A DNA stretch of 44,715 bases from positions 1 to 44,715 of the IMG/VR virus record IMGVR_UViG_3300037755_000740. One strand, given 5' to 3'. Positions 1-7,600 of this stretch are shown here, in pieces (position 1 is the stretch's first letter; every line of letters starts with the position of its first letter). The position numbers were made by a program, and so were the translations under genes. The DNA comes from a virus. Lineage: Duplodnaviria > Caudoviricetes. The notes under the pieces were generated by a model. That model did no database searches. It was not told the origin of the DNA and worked only from the letters and a program-made list of their open reading frames with translations.

Positions 1-5
1 CCTCA

Positions 6-28
6 GGGGGGAGGGGAGGGGGGGTGGG
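6..28 (+). other. G-quadruplex-prone motif
   Basis: Four G tracts separated by 1-nt loops (G6-A-G4-A-G7-T-G3) at the left end. Confidence 0.55.
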
Positions 29-142
29 CAAATTGGGCTTCGGACTTCGGGATGCTGGACGTCAGACGGAACGCGTGGTAGGGCGCGTGTGATGGGTGGG
101 TGCTCGAGGTGGCACGCGTGGATGAGTGAGTGAGCTCGAGCT

Positions 143-182
143 CATGTGTGCACGCGTGTGTGTGCGCGTACGCGTGTGCGTG
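143..182. repeat. 40-bp alternating purine/pyrimidine tract (Z-DNA-prone) in a non-coding, GT-skewed region
   Basis: CATGTGTGCACGCGTGTGTGTGCGCGTACGCGTGTGCGTG; shorter RY tracts follow to about 240. Confidence 0.75.
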
Positions 183-437
183 GTGGTGATGCACGCGCGT
201 AGGTGCACGGTACATAGGTGGGTAGGCGTACGCGTGCGTGGTGGACGCTACGTGGACGTGTGAGCTCCTGGGCGTAGGAAGGTGGATGGATACCCACGCC
301 GAAGAATCAACGGATTCTCGGGATAAGGGCTCAAGGCCTAGGCACGAACGGCCGATGATGTTGGTATGGACGGACAGAGCACCTACATACCGAGCCCGAC
401 TGGGACCGCGTACGCGTGGCTGGCCGAGCTCGCAACC

Positions 438-454
438 GAAGGGAACACACAATG
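438..454 (+). promoter_or_regulatory. Start-associated extended RBS motif (variant copy)
   Basis: GAAGGGAACACACAATG directly before the ATG at 452. Confidence 0.7.
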
Positions 455-619
455 GAACGCTGGATGATCGTCGACTGCAACCGCTTCCCGGTTCAGACCG
501 GGATGTACCGACGTGAGAACGCGGAGCAGGAAGCAGAAGAGCTCAACCGAACCGGCGTGCCTGAGGGTCGACCGTACCGCGTCGTACTTGACGTCGTCGC
601 CTCAGAGCTCGACAAGTGA
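452..619 (+). CDS. Small early hypothetical protein (55 aa)
   Basis: ATG at 452 with GAAGGGA RBS; MERWMIVDCNRFP...; phage-like codon use. Confidence 0.7.
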   Translation: MERWMIVDCNRFPVQTGMYRRENAEQEAEELNRTGVPEGRPYRVVLDVVASELDK

Positions 620-695
620 CCATCAGCCAGACCATCGACATCGCCCGCGGTCTCACGTGGGCGGTTGTCGCGACTGCAACACGGAAGGGGACACG

Positions 696-953
696 ATGAC
701 GAACAGCGAAGCAAGGAAGCGGAAGGAAGAACTTGAGACCAGCAACCTCCGTATCGTCGAGTACCAATGCCGAGACATCGGCTACGGCATGGAAAGCGGC
801 GTGGTCATCGGTACATGGGACCACACAGAGACCAATCTCGGCGGTGCCCCAGCATTCAACATCACCGAACGCGTGTGGACTGAGCCGGCTTACCGTGAGA
901 TGACCATCTACCTCTTCGATGACGAGGTGCTGAGCGACGAGGGGCACGCGTGA
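696..953 (+). CDS. Early hypothetical protein
   Basis: GGAAGGGGACACG-ATG start at 696, in frame with ORF 513..953. Confidence 0.75.
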   Translation: MTNSEARKRKEELETSNLRIVEYQCRDIGYGMESGVVIGTWDHTETNLGGAPAFNITERVWTEPAYREMTIYLFDDEVLSDEGHA

Positions 954-1156
954 GCCTCGAAACCGATGCGTGGGTTGATCAGGCCTACGCTTGCAACACG
1001 CCAGCCGTGGTGCCGAGTGAGTATCCGGCACCACGGCCAGGTTTCTACCGTTGCAGTGACTGCGGGCGGAATCACGCGGATGGTGACCGTGACACGTTCA
1101 ACGTCAGTCGGTACGTGAATGATGTACTCCACACGATGGAAGGGAACGCACGATGA
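950..1156 (+). CDS. Small hypothetical protein with CxxC
   Basis: GTGA/ATGA overlaps with both neighbours. Confidence 0.6.
   Translation: MSLETDAWVDQAYACNTPAVVPSEYPAPRPGFYRCSDCGRNHADGDRDTFNVSRYVNDVLHTMEGNAR
1139..1155 (+). promoter_or_regulatory. Start-associated extended RBS motif GAAGGGAACGCACGATG
   Basis: Identical 17-mer at 1604-1620. Confidence 0.8.
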
Positions 1157-1530
1157 CCAAACACACGACCACACTCGACTACGGGCATGGCTTCACCTAC
1201 GACTACCAACTACTTCACTCTTGTGAACTTGGCGACATGCACGGATGGGTGCAACACGATCCCGACATCGGCTCGCTCTACCCTGGAGATATCGTGAACA
1301 TCAAGATCGGTGCTTCGGTGTTTTCTGGGATCGTTGACCGTTTCGCTCCAGAGGGCGCAGACTCCATCACGGTCACGCTCGACGGATGGGATTCGTTGCT
1401 CCCGGGAGTAAGCCTTCTCGCCTCGTTCGACCTGCCGGAGATCATCACAGCCAGCTTTGACCGCGGCGAGACAGTTACCATCACGGTCGCTCGAGCCAAT
1501 GTGCGGTTCGATCCAGAACAGGTGTCATAG
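1153..1530 (+). CDS. Early hypothetical protein
   Basis: Strong RBS motif; 125-aa ORF. Confidence 0.75.
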   Translation: MTKHTTTLDYGHGFTYDYQLLHSCELGDMHGWVQHDPDIGSLYPGDIVNIKIGASVFSGIVDRFAPEGADSITVTLDGWDSLLPGVSLLASFDLPEIITASFDRGETVTITVARANVRFDPEQVS

Positions 1531-1545
1531 CTACGTGCACCGTAT

Positions 1546-1574
1546 CCACACGCGGGCTAGTTGTCCGCGTGTGG
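1546..1574 (+). terminator. Intergenic hairpin (terminator or processing site)
   Basis: CCACACGCGG...CCGCGTGTGG 10-bp inverted repeat after the stop at 1530; no U tail. Confidence 0.45.
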
Positions 1575-1603
1575 GTGCATGTGCATGGCGCGCATGGATG
1601 ACA

Positions 1604-1620
1604 GAAGGGAACGCACGATG
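1604..1620 (+). promoter_or_regulatory. Start-associated extended RBS motif GAAGGGAACGCACGATG
   Basis: Identical to 1139-1155; precedes ardA. Confidence 0.8.
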
Positions 1621-1935
1621 AGTGACCTGCGATCGATCATCCCGCAAGAGCTCGAGAACGATGAGCACCTCCACGACGCGTACAACGCCTACGCCGAGAA
1701 TGTAGGACGTGAGTACGCCAGCTACGAAGAGTTCATGGACAGCTACAGCGGTGAGTGGGACTCAGAGCGTGACTTCGCTGAGAACCTGGCAGACGACTGC
1801 GTGGAAGGCCTCAACGATCCTGAGTCGATCCTCGCCCGGTACTTCGATTACGACGCGTGGACGCGTGACCTGTTCCTGGGTGACTACTACTCGATCAACA
1901 CTGCCGGCGGTGTCTGGGTGTTCCGTAGCGTCTGA
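1618..1935 (+). CDS. ardA: Short ArdA-family anti-restriction (DNA-mimic) protein, 105 aa
   Basis: Very acidic; YSGEWDSERDFAENL and YFDYDAWTRDLFLGDY...VWVFR match the ArdA C-terminal signature; early-gene position. Confidence 0.85.
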   Translation: MSDLRSIIPQELENDEHLHDAYNAYAENVGREYASYEEFMDSYSGEWDSERDFAENLADDCVEGLNDPESILARYFDYDAWTRDLFLGDYYSINTAGGVWVFRSV

Positions 1936-1958
1936 CGGCCCAAGCTCAAGAGCTCCAC

Positions 1959-1993
1959 ACGATGCCCGCGACCCTGAAGGTCGCGGGCATCGT
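1959..1993 (+). terminator. Perfect 15-bp stem-loop downstream of ardA
   Basis: ACGATGCCCGCGACC-CTGAA-GGTCGCGGGCATCGT; U-less terminator type seen in actinobacteria, or an RNase III site. Confidence 0.6.
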
Positions 1994-2012
1994 CGCGTCA
2001 CGCCTCACCATC

Positions 2013-2037
2013 ACCAGCCACGTGCAGGCAGCCACCC
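2013..2037 (+). repeat. Direct repeat copy 1 (25 bp)
   Basis: ACCAGCCACGTGCAGGCAGCCACCC; 24/25 identical to 2344-2368. Confidence 0.85.
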
Positions 2038-2096
2038 CAGGTCACGGGTAGTGGGCCAAACGACCCAGTGCGCGCGGGGGACGTTGACGGTACGTT

Positions 2097-2390
2097 GTGT
2101 CGATGTCGACAGCTTCGTGCGCGCGGTGCAGACAGCTACGCACAATCAAAGCCAGAGGCCTGTGCTCGAGTTGCTACACGTCCATGTGGTGGCGTAGGGA
2201 GCTTGACCAGTACGATCGGAAAACTCGCACCTACTCGACATCGTTGTACGTCACCGCGTGGTGTGGGATCGGTGGCAAGAACCACGCAAATTGTGGATTG
2301 AGCCCATGGACGTTGGAATGTACGTGTCGATGCCATGACGTAAACCAGCCGCGTGCAGGCAGCCACCCGGAGAGGGAGGGAGTCGGATGA
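2097..2390 (+). CDS. Cys-rich putative zinc-finger protein
   Basis: CARC...ARGLCSSCY plus a second Cys/His cluster (CTCRCH); ATGA overlap with the next gene; start could be ATG 2103. Confidence 0.65.
   Translation: MSMSTASCARCRQLRTIKARGLCSSCYTSMWWRRELDQYDRKTRTYSTSLYVTAWCGIGGKNHANCGLSPWTLECTCRCHDVNQPRAGSHPEREGVG
2344..2368 (+). repeat. Direct repeat copy 2 (25 bp)
   Basis: ACCAGCCGCGTGCAGGCAGCCACCC. Confidence 0.85.
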
Positions 2391-2647
2391 TCGCGAGCAG
2401 CCGGCGAGCTCAGATTAAGGAACGACTAGACGAGCTCACGCGGATCGGGACCAGGACACCTCTTTCACTCGCGTACGTGGATGACGTCGAGCTCCTCTTC
2501 TACGAGCTCGAGAGGGTGGAGCGACTCCTCTTCGATGCCGAGCGAGACCGTGACGCCTACCGGGCCAGCTACAAGGCTGAGCGGGCATTGAGAACGCGGG
2601 AGAGGGAGCAGGGCCGTGGATGGTTCGGCCGATGGCTGGGTCTCTGA
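2387..2647 (+). CDS. Coiled-coil hypothetical protein
   Basis: GGGAG RBS; helical, ends GWFGRWLGL. Confidence 0.7.
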   Translation: MIASSRRAQIKERLDELTRIGTRTPLSLAYVDDVELLFYELERVERLLFDAERDRDAYRASYKAERALRTREREQGRGWFGRWLGL

Positions 2648-2667
2648 AAGAAGTCCGAATTGCCCTA

Positions 2668-2696
2668 TTGACAAGGCTTGACAGCTCCGATACGGT
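2668..2696 (+). promoter_or_regulatory. Sigma70-type promoter P1
   Basis: TTGACA-17 nt-TACGGT followed by CCGCGACC. Confidence 0.7.
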
Positions 2697-2702
2697 CCGC
2701 GA

Positions 2703-2911
2703 CCGCCGCCCCTCGCACCTGCCCTTGATCCTCGCCTCTCCCCTCGAGTTGATCGGGCTATCTCTGACTCGTCAGGTTCTCACTGCCTCAACAGACGTTT
2801 TTTTCGTCTGTTGGGCTGTTGAGATGGCCTGACAAGCGCGAATCTGACCATCTCACTGTACCACCACACCACTTACAGATCCTCAACATCTGTTGAGCTG
2901 GTGAGAATCGC
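2703..2911 (+). ncRNA. Putative structured non-coding RNA or leader between P1 and P2
   Basis: No credible ORF; three hairpins by eye (2721-2758 with CCTCTCCCCT loop; 2771-2833; 2838-2911). Confidence 0.4.
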
Positions 2912-2915
2912 GATG

Positions 2916-2945
2916 TTGACAGGTGCCGCGAGCGAGGCATACGGT
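2916..2945 (+). promoter_or_regulatory. Sigma70-type promoter P2
   Basis: TTGACA-18 nt-TACGGT followed by CCGTGACC; near copy of P1. Confidence 0.7.
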
Positions 2946-2990
2946 CCGTGACCCCGAGCGCGCGCCGGGCAAGCGAAAGGACGGACATAG

Positions 2991-3497
2991 ATGGGCAAAG
3001 TGATCGACCTGTACGAAGTCGAACATGGCGAAGATCCCTACGACCCCGACGAGTTCTACGTGAGCTCTACCGACCGCCAAGGCCATCACGCCACCCAGTA
3101 CATCTCACTGAAGCCCGAAACCTCAGGCGAGATCGCCTCGATGGTGGCGAGCAAAGACTTCCCCGAGTACAAGACGGCCGGCCACTTCATCCGCGACGCG
3201 ATCGTGCATCGGCTCCACTATCTCGAGGACTTGAGACCCAACGCGGACCGCGCCCGGTACATCCGACTGCTGATGCACGCCGCGAACCAGGAACGTGAAG
3301 ACACCGTGCAACGTGAGCAGGTGCAGTTGTGCGAGAAATGGGAGACCACGATGCAGAACCTCAGCCTCGCCAACGACTGGCCGGGGCTGAGACGCGCGGT
3401 GAAAGCCTGTCGTGCCGCCGCCGAAGACCTGCAGGAGCCGTACGACCGAAGACTGTACGCGTTGGTGACACGTTATGACCCAGATGCTGGGTCTTGA
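2991..3497 (+). CDS. Ribbon-helix-helix (CopG/Arc-like) domain transcription regulator
   Basis: YISLKPETSGEIASMVASKDFPEYKTAGHFIRDAI fits the RHH strand-helix-helix pattern; first gene after P2. Confidence 0.55.
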   Translation: MGKVIDLYEVEHGEDPYDPDEFYVSSTDRQGHHATQYISLKPETSGEIASMVASKDFPEYKTAGHFIRDAIVHRLHYLEDLRPNADRARYIRLLMHAANQEREDTVQREQVQLCEKWETTMQNLSLANDWPGLRRAVKACRAAAEDLQEPYDRRLYALVTRYDPDAGS

Positions 3498-5229
3498 CGC
3501 GCTAGTGACACCGCGCGTATGGTCATCCACCCCACAGCAGATCGGACGGACATACGTGGGATCGGATCTCTACTCACTCGAAGACGATGTTGACCTTGTG
3601 CTACCGGACTGGGTGTCCGAGCTCAGGGACCATCAAGGCGACGCTGTTGATGCAATTGTCGACGCGTTCAAACGAGTGGACGTCGTGTTCTTGGACGCAC
3701 CAACCGGTGCCGGCAAGACGCTGATCGCGGAGATCGTCCGACAACGGATGCAGGCGCGAGCCGCGTACGTGTGTTCATCGATCTCACTGCAGAAACAGTT
3801 TGTTGGCGACTTCCCGTACGCGGCGCTGCTGAACGGAAGACGTAACTATCCAACGCAGGTGATGGACTTCCCCGAGTACAGCGCGGAAGACTGCATCCGT
3901 GACGGCACCGGAGAAGACGCGTACTGTCCGTTCTGCCCTGAAGTGTTGGACTGCGCGTACGAAGTCGCGAAACGTGAAGCATTGATGGCAGACCTCGCGG
4001 TGCTGAACACGAAGTATTTCTTGACCGTCACGAATCATGTCGGCCAGTTCAATGATCGTGGCCTGGTGATCGTCGACGAGTGCGATGTGCTGGAATCCGA
4101 GTTGATGTCCTTCACAGAGTTTCGGATCAGCGAGTCACGGTTGCGGAAATTGGGTTTGACGGCGCCGAAGAAAGGCAGTCATCAGAAGACCATCGCCGCG
4201 TGGCTGCTGGATGAACTCGTGCCAGCAGCCACGCAGGCAGGTCGTCGTGGTCAGTTGACGATGGCCGGGGATGAGCTCAAGGCTACCAAGGAGAAGAAGG
4301 CGCTATTGAGTTTGATCAACGAGGCCAGGCGGATTGCCGTCGAGTTGAGTGACGATGCCGATGCAGTCGATGAGAACGGTGAACCGGCACCGAAGAACTG
4401 GCTACGCGACAACGATGCCGGCCCGTTGGTGTTGAAGCCGATCCAGGTGAGCAAGTACGGGAAGTTCCTCTGGCCTCACGGCAAGAAGTGGCTGCTGATG
4501 TCCGCGACGATCATCTCATCGGATGAGATGGCAGATTCGCTTGGATTGGACACCACGTACGAAACAGTGACGATGCCCATGACGTTCCCGAAGGAGAACC
4601 GTGAGACGATCGTGGCCGGTGTGGCGAACATGGCGAACAGGTTCAAGGAAGACGAGTGGCCCAAGATGGCACATGGGCTGGAAGCAGTTCTGGACCGACA
4701 CCCCAACGATCGTGTACTCGTACACTGTGTCTCGTACAAGCTCACCGAGTACCTCGTGGGTGAGCTTGGTGGCCTCGAGCGGCCTGTCATCCGCTACACG
4801 GGAACTGCTGATCGAGAACGTGCCCTCAGCGACCTACGACGATCAGACAACGGTGTGTTGCTTGCGCCCAGCTTCGAGAGGGGCATCGACCTCCGCGATG
4901 ACGATTGCCGTGTGGTAATCGTCGCGAAGGTGCCGTTCCCGAACCTTGGTGACGATGTCGTGAGTGCGAGACTGCACACACGCGGGGGACAGGAATGGTA
5001 CTCGGTGCAGACCGTGCGGAGCTTAGTGCAGATGACCGGGCGCGCGGTGAGAAGCAAGGATGATCACGCGACGATGTGGATTCTCGATCAGCAGTTCGTG
5101 AAGAACGTGCTGAAGAAGAACAAGTTTCTCCTTCCCAAGTGGTGGAGAGAAGCGCTACGCATGGACTTCCCCATGCGCGAACTCGTAACACCCAACCAAT
5201 CAGAAAGGAACACCAGTGGCAAACAATGA
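3475..5229 (+). CDS. DinG/XPD(Rad3)-like SF2 DNA helicase
   Basis: Q motif (LRDHQ), APTGAGKT, DECD, MSAT, RGID, VIVAKVPFP, QMTGRAVRSKDD; Cys cluster in the Fe-S domain position. Confidence 0.9.
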   Translation: MTQMLGLDALVTPRVWSSTPQQIGRTYVGSDLYSLEDDVDLVLPDWVSELRDHQGDAVDAIVDAFKRVDVVFLDAPTGAGKTLIAEIVRQRMQARAAYVCSSISLQKQFVGDFPYAALLNGRRNYPTQVMDFPEYSAEDCIRDGTGEDAYCPFCPEVLDCAYEVAKREALMADLAVLNTKYFLTVTNHVGQFNDRGLVIVDECDVLESELMSFTEFRISESRLRKLGLTAPKKGSHQKTIAAWLLDELVPAATQAGRRGQLTMAGDELKATKEKKALLSLINEARRIAVELSDDADAVDENGEPAPKNWLRDNDAGPLVLKPIQVSKYGKFLWPHGKKWLLMSATIISSDEMADSLGLDTTYETVTMPMTFPKENRETIVAGVANMANRFKEDEWPKMAHGLEAVLDRHPNDRVLVHCVSYKLTEYLVGELGGLERPVIRYTGTADRERALSDLRRSDNGVLLAPSFERGIDLRDDDCRVVIVAKVPFPNLGDDVVSARLHTRGGQEWYSVQTVRSLVQMTGRAVRSKDDHATMWILDQQFVKNVLKKNKFLLPKWWREALRMDFPMRELVTPNQSERNTSGKQ

Positions 5230-5947
5230 TGTCGACCTGTACGAGCTCGAAAGTGGGCTTCAGGACTTCGACTACGTGATGAAAGGTTGCCGGTTCGCAA
5301 CCGACCAGGAGTACAACAACGGCGAGACGGTACTGCTGATCGTCGAAGACGGCCAACAGACCCTCGAAGACGGCGAAGTGTCGGAGAAGCGACAGTTCTG
5401 GCCGTGCGGGAAGGGCTGGGAAGCCGCTGAAGGTGGCAAGTCGGTACGTCACGAGAGTGGCAAGGTGCGAAAGTTCAACGCGAACAGCGCGGTGGGCAAG
5501 CTGTTGGCATCTGCACTCGAGGCCGGCGCGGGCGGAGTCATGCGAAAGCGTGGCAGCCCGATGGAAGTCAGCACGTGGGAAGGCCTCGACTTCCACATGA
5601 CGAACAAGCAGGAGACCTACAAGATCGATGGCGAGGAGCGCAACGTCAACCGAACCGTGGTTGACAGCTTCAACGGCGAAGGCAAGAAGGCTGCTGCGAA
5701 GAAGACAACCGCGAAGGCCAAGAAGGCTGACGTTGACGAAGATGAGAGTGGGGAAGCATCGACAAACGGTGCCATCCCGAAGGCGCTGCAGATCAAGCTG
5801 AAGAAGAAGGCAGCCGAAGTGCTGGCGGCTGGTGGCGACTTCGACCAGTTCATGGAAGATGCTTTCGACATCGACGGGGTGAGTGGGAACGATGAGGCCG
5901 AGGGGAGTCTGGAAGAGGTCTGGGCTACCGCGGGCGGAGAGGCTTAG
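5216..5947 (+). CDS. Hypothetical DNA-metabolism protein, possible ssDNA-binding protein
   Basis: Beta-rich N-terminus, K/A-rich linker, acidic C-terminus; lies between helicase and exonuclease; function inferred from position. Confidence 0.45.
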   Translation: MANNDVDLYELESGLQDFDYVMKGCRFATDQEYNNGETVLLIVEDGQQTLEDGEVSEKRQFWPCGKGWEAAEGGKSVRHESGKVRKFNANSAVGKLLASALEAGAGGVMRKRGSPMEVSTWEGLDFHMTNKQETYKIDGEERNVNRTVVDSFNGEGKKAAAKKTTAKAKKADVDEDESGEASTNGAIPKALQIKLKKKAAEVLAAGGDFDQFMEDAFDIDGVSGNDEAEGSLEEVWATAGGEA

Positions 5948-5960
5948 TAGGCCGAACAGC

Positions 5961-6073
5961 CGGGTTGCACACGGACGAACGGTACGCGAAGATGCCATAC
6001 AAGGTCGTCCGTCCGACCCGTGCACCGGCCCACCATCGAGAGTTGCGTTCCCTTCACTCGATTGGTGGGCCGG
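5961..6073 (+). ncRNA. Putative two-hairpin antisense sRNA; loop of hairpin 2 is complementary to the GAAGGGAACGCA RBS motif
   Basis: Intergenic; stem CCGGCCCACCA-TCGAG / CTCGA-T-TGGTGGGCCGG; loop contains TGCGTTCCCTTC. Confidence 0.5.
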
Positions 6074-6106
6074 ATCGCGCCTTAGAGGAAGACGGACAGG
6101 ACGGAC

Positions 6107-6376
6107 ATGAGCAACGACGACCGACGAGGAAGAGGCGTACACGATTGCCCTTCTTGTCGATGCGGGTCTGCTGCCAGGGGCCGACCAGTCATGGCCGGAA
6201 CACCTGAGAAAGCTGCCTGCCCCGCGCGAAATCACAACTGCCGATGCCAGCTCGAGCCGCACACCGGACCACACGTCTGCACGTGCGGAGGAGTGTGGCG
6301 TGACGGGATCGCGGGATGGTTGGTTGAACCCATCGACGTCTGGTGGGACCACATCACAGAGGAGCGACATGGGTGA
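6107..6376 (+). CDS. Cys/His-rich hypothetical protein
   Basis: CPSCRC, CRCQLEPHTGPHVCTCG. Confidence 0.6.
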   Translation: MSNDDRRGRGVHDCPSCRCGSAARGRPVMAGTPEKAACPARNHNCRCQLEPHTGPHVCTCGGVWRDGIAGWLVEPIDVWWDHITEERHG

Positions 6377-7316
6377 CGACCGGCCGACCGTGTACCAAGA
6401 AGACGGGAAGTGGGTGTTCCGCGCGAGTGGGGTGTGGCGGTGTGACCGTGAGCTCTGGGCGCACATGAACGGTGTGCAGCCCGAGGCGACACCTGACTGG
6501 TTGCAGGAGAAGTTCGACCAAGGCAACGAGGGTGAAGACAAGATCATGGACTACGCGGAGCACGTGCTCGAGGTGCCCGTGTACGGCCGACAAGACGAAG
6601 GCGAGCTGAAGGTCGGCAAGTCGGCTGTGATCAGGTTCCACCCTGACGGCCGCACTGACACTGTGCTGGTCGAAGCGAAAACGATGGCCGAGAAGACGTA
6701 CATGACGACGTGGCTGAGGAGCGGATTGAAGGGCTTCCCCGGGTACTCGGCACAGGTCGCGGTGATGGCCGAAGCGTTGGGTGTGAACTCGGTGTTGATG
6801 GCGATCGGCATCAAAGACGACGCGGGGAAGGTGAAAGAGGTGAAGACCTTCTCCTACGACGTGGGGAAGCTGCCCGTCACGGTGAAAGACGTGAAGAAGA
6901 AGATCATGCGCGTGATGCGGTACGACGAGATGCCGAAGTGTTCGGTGGATCAGTTCCCCTGCCCGTTCGTGTTCCTGCACGACGAGAAGGAGATCATGGT
7001 CAGCACGGACGAGATGCTCGAGCTGTACGCACAAGAAATCCACGACTGCCGTGACCGAAAGAAGCGCGCCGAAGACGAGCTCAAGAACTGGCAAGGGCTG
7101 ATGACGAAGCAGCTCGACACTCACGACCTGAAAGGCCAGAAAGTCACCGCGGGGAAGTGGGAGATCACCGACGTTTTTTTTGTGAAGAAGAACGTAGGTC
7201 TTCTGGACTATGGACGGATGAAAGAAGATGGAGTGGACGTAGAGAGTTACCGCGGTGAGCCGAAGACGGCCGAGACGCGGTACCAGACGGTGAAGGAAGT
7301 AAAGGACCACGCATGA
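6369..7316 (+). CDS. Cas4/RecB-like PD-(D/E)xK exonuclease
   Basis: GAGGAG RBS before ATG 6369; RASGVWRC, GNEGE, HPDG, VEAKT, YSAQVAV, C-terminal C...CPF. Confidence 0.8.
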   Translation: MGDDRPTVYQEDGKWVFRASGVWRCDRELWAHMNGVQPEATPDWLQEKFDQGNEGEDKIMDYAEHVLEVPVYGRQDEGELKVGKSAVIRFHPDGRTDTVLVEAKTMAEKTYMTTWLRSGLKGFPGYSAQVAVMAEALGVNSVLMAIGIKDDAGKVKEVKTFSYDVGKLPVTVKDVKKKIMRVMRYDEMPKCSVDQFPCPFVFLHDEKEIMVSTDEMLELYAQEIHDCRDRKKRAEDELKNWQGLMTKQLDTHDLKGQKVTAGKWEITDVFFVKKNVGLLDYGRMKEDGVDVESYRGEPKTAETRYQTVKEVKDHA

Positions 7317-7600
7317 AGTTTGACATCGGTGACCGCCAGACAGGGAAGTCCACCCGTATCATCGACTGGGCACGAGAAGACGATCGACGCAGACTCATCG
7401 TTTTCAACCACAAACGAGCTCGACAGATCGAAAAAGACCACCCGATACTTGAAGGCCGAGTGATCTCGGTCAATTCACTCGCGTCACTCCGTGGTCACGA
7501 CATCGAAATCGGTATCGACGACCTCGAATCCGTCCTTCCCCAGCTTCTTGGAACTGGGCGTTCTCCTGTCTCGTACGTAACTGCCACCGAAGCAACATGA
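7313..7600 (+). CDS. Short P-loop-containing protein
   Basis: RQTGKST Walker A-like motif and IGIDD Walker B-like motif; only 95 aa. Confidence 0.6.
   Translation: MKFDIGDRQTGKSTRIIDWAREDDRRRLIVFNHKRARQIEKDHPILEGRVISVNSLASLRGHDIEIGIDDLESVLPQLLGTGRSPVSYVTATEAT

Noticed and set aside
3-516. ORFs 3..452 (-) and 238..516 (+)
   Set aside because: Translations of low-complexity RY repeats with no RBS; region treated as non-coding
2084-2089. TTGACG as a -35 element for the zinc-finger gene
   Set aside because: No TANNNT-like -10 at 16-19 nt spacing
7174-7181. T8 run in the exonuclease as a programmed frameshift or phase-variation site
   Set aside because: The +1 frame stops immediately, the -1 frame gives a short implausible tail, and the 0 frame continues to an ATGA-coupled stop
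3475-7316. DinG helicase plus Cas4-like nuclease as a type IV CRISPR-Cas system
   Set aside because: No repeat-spacer array and no Cas5/6/7-like genes seen; context is a phage recombination operon
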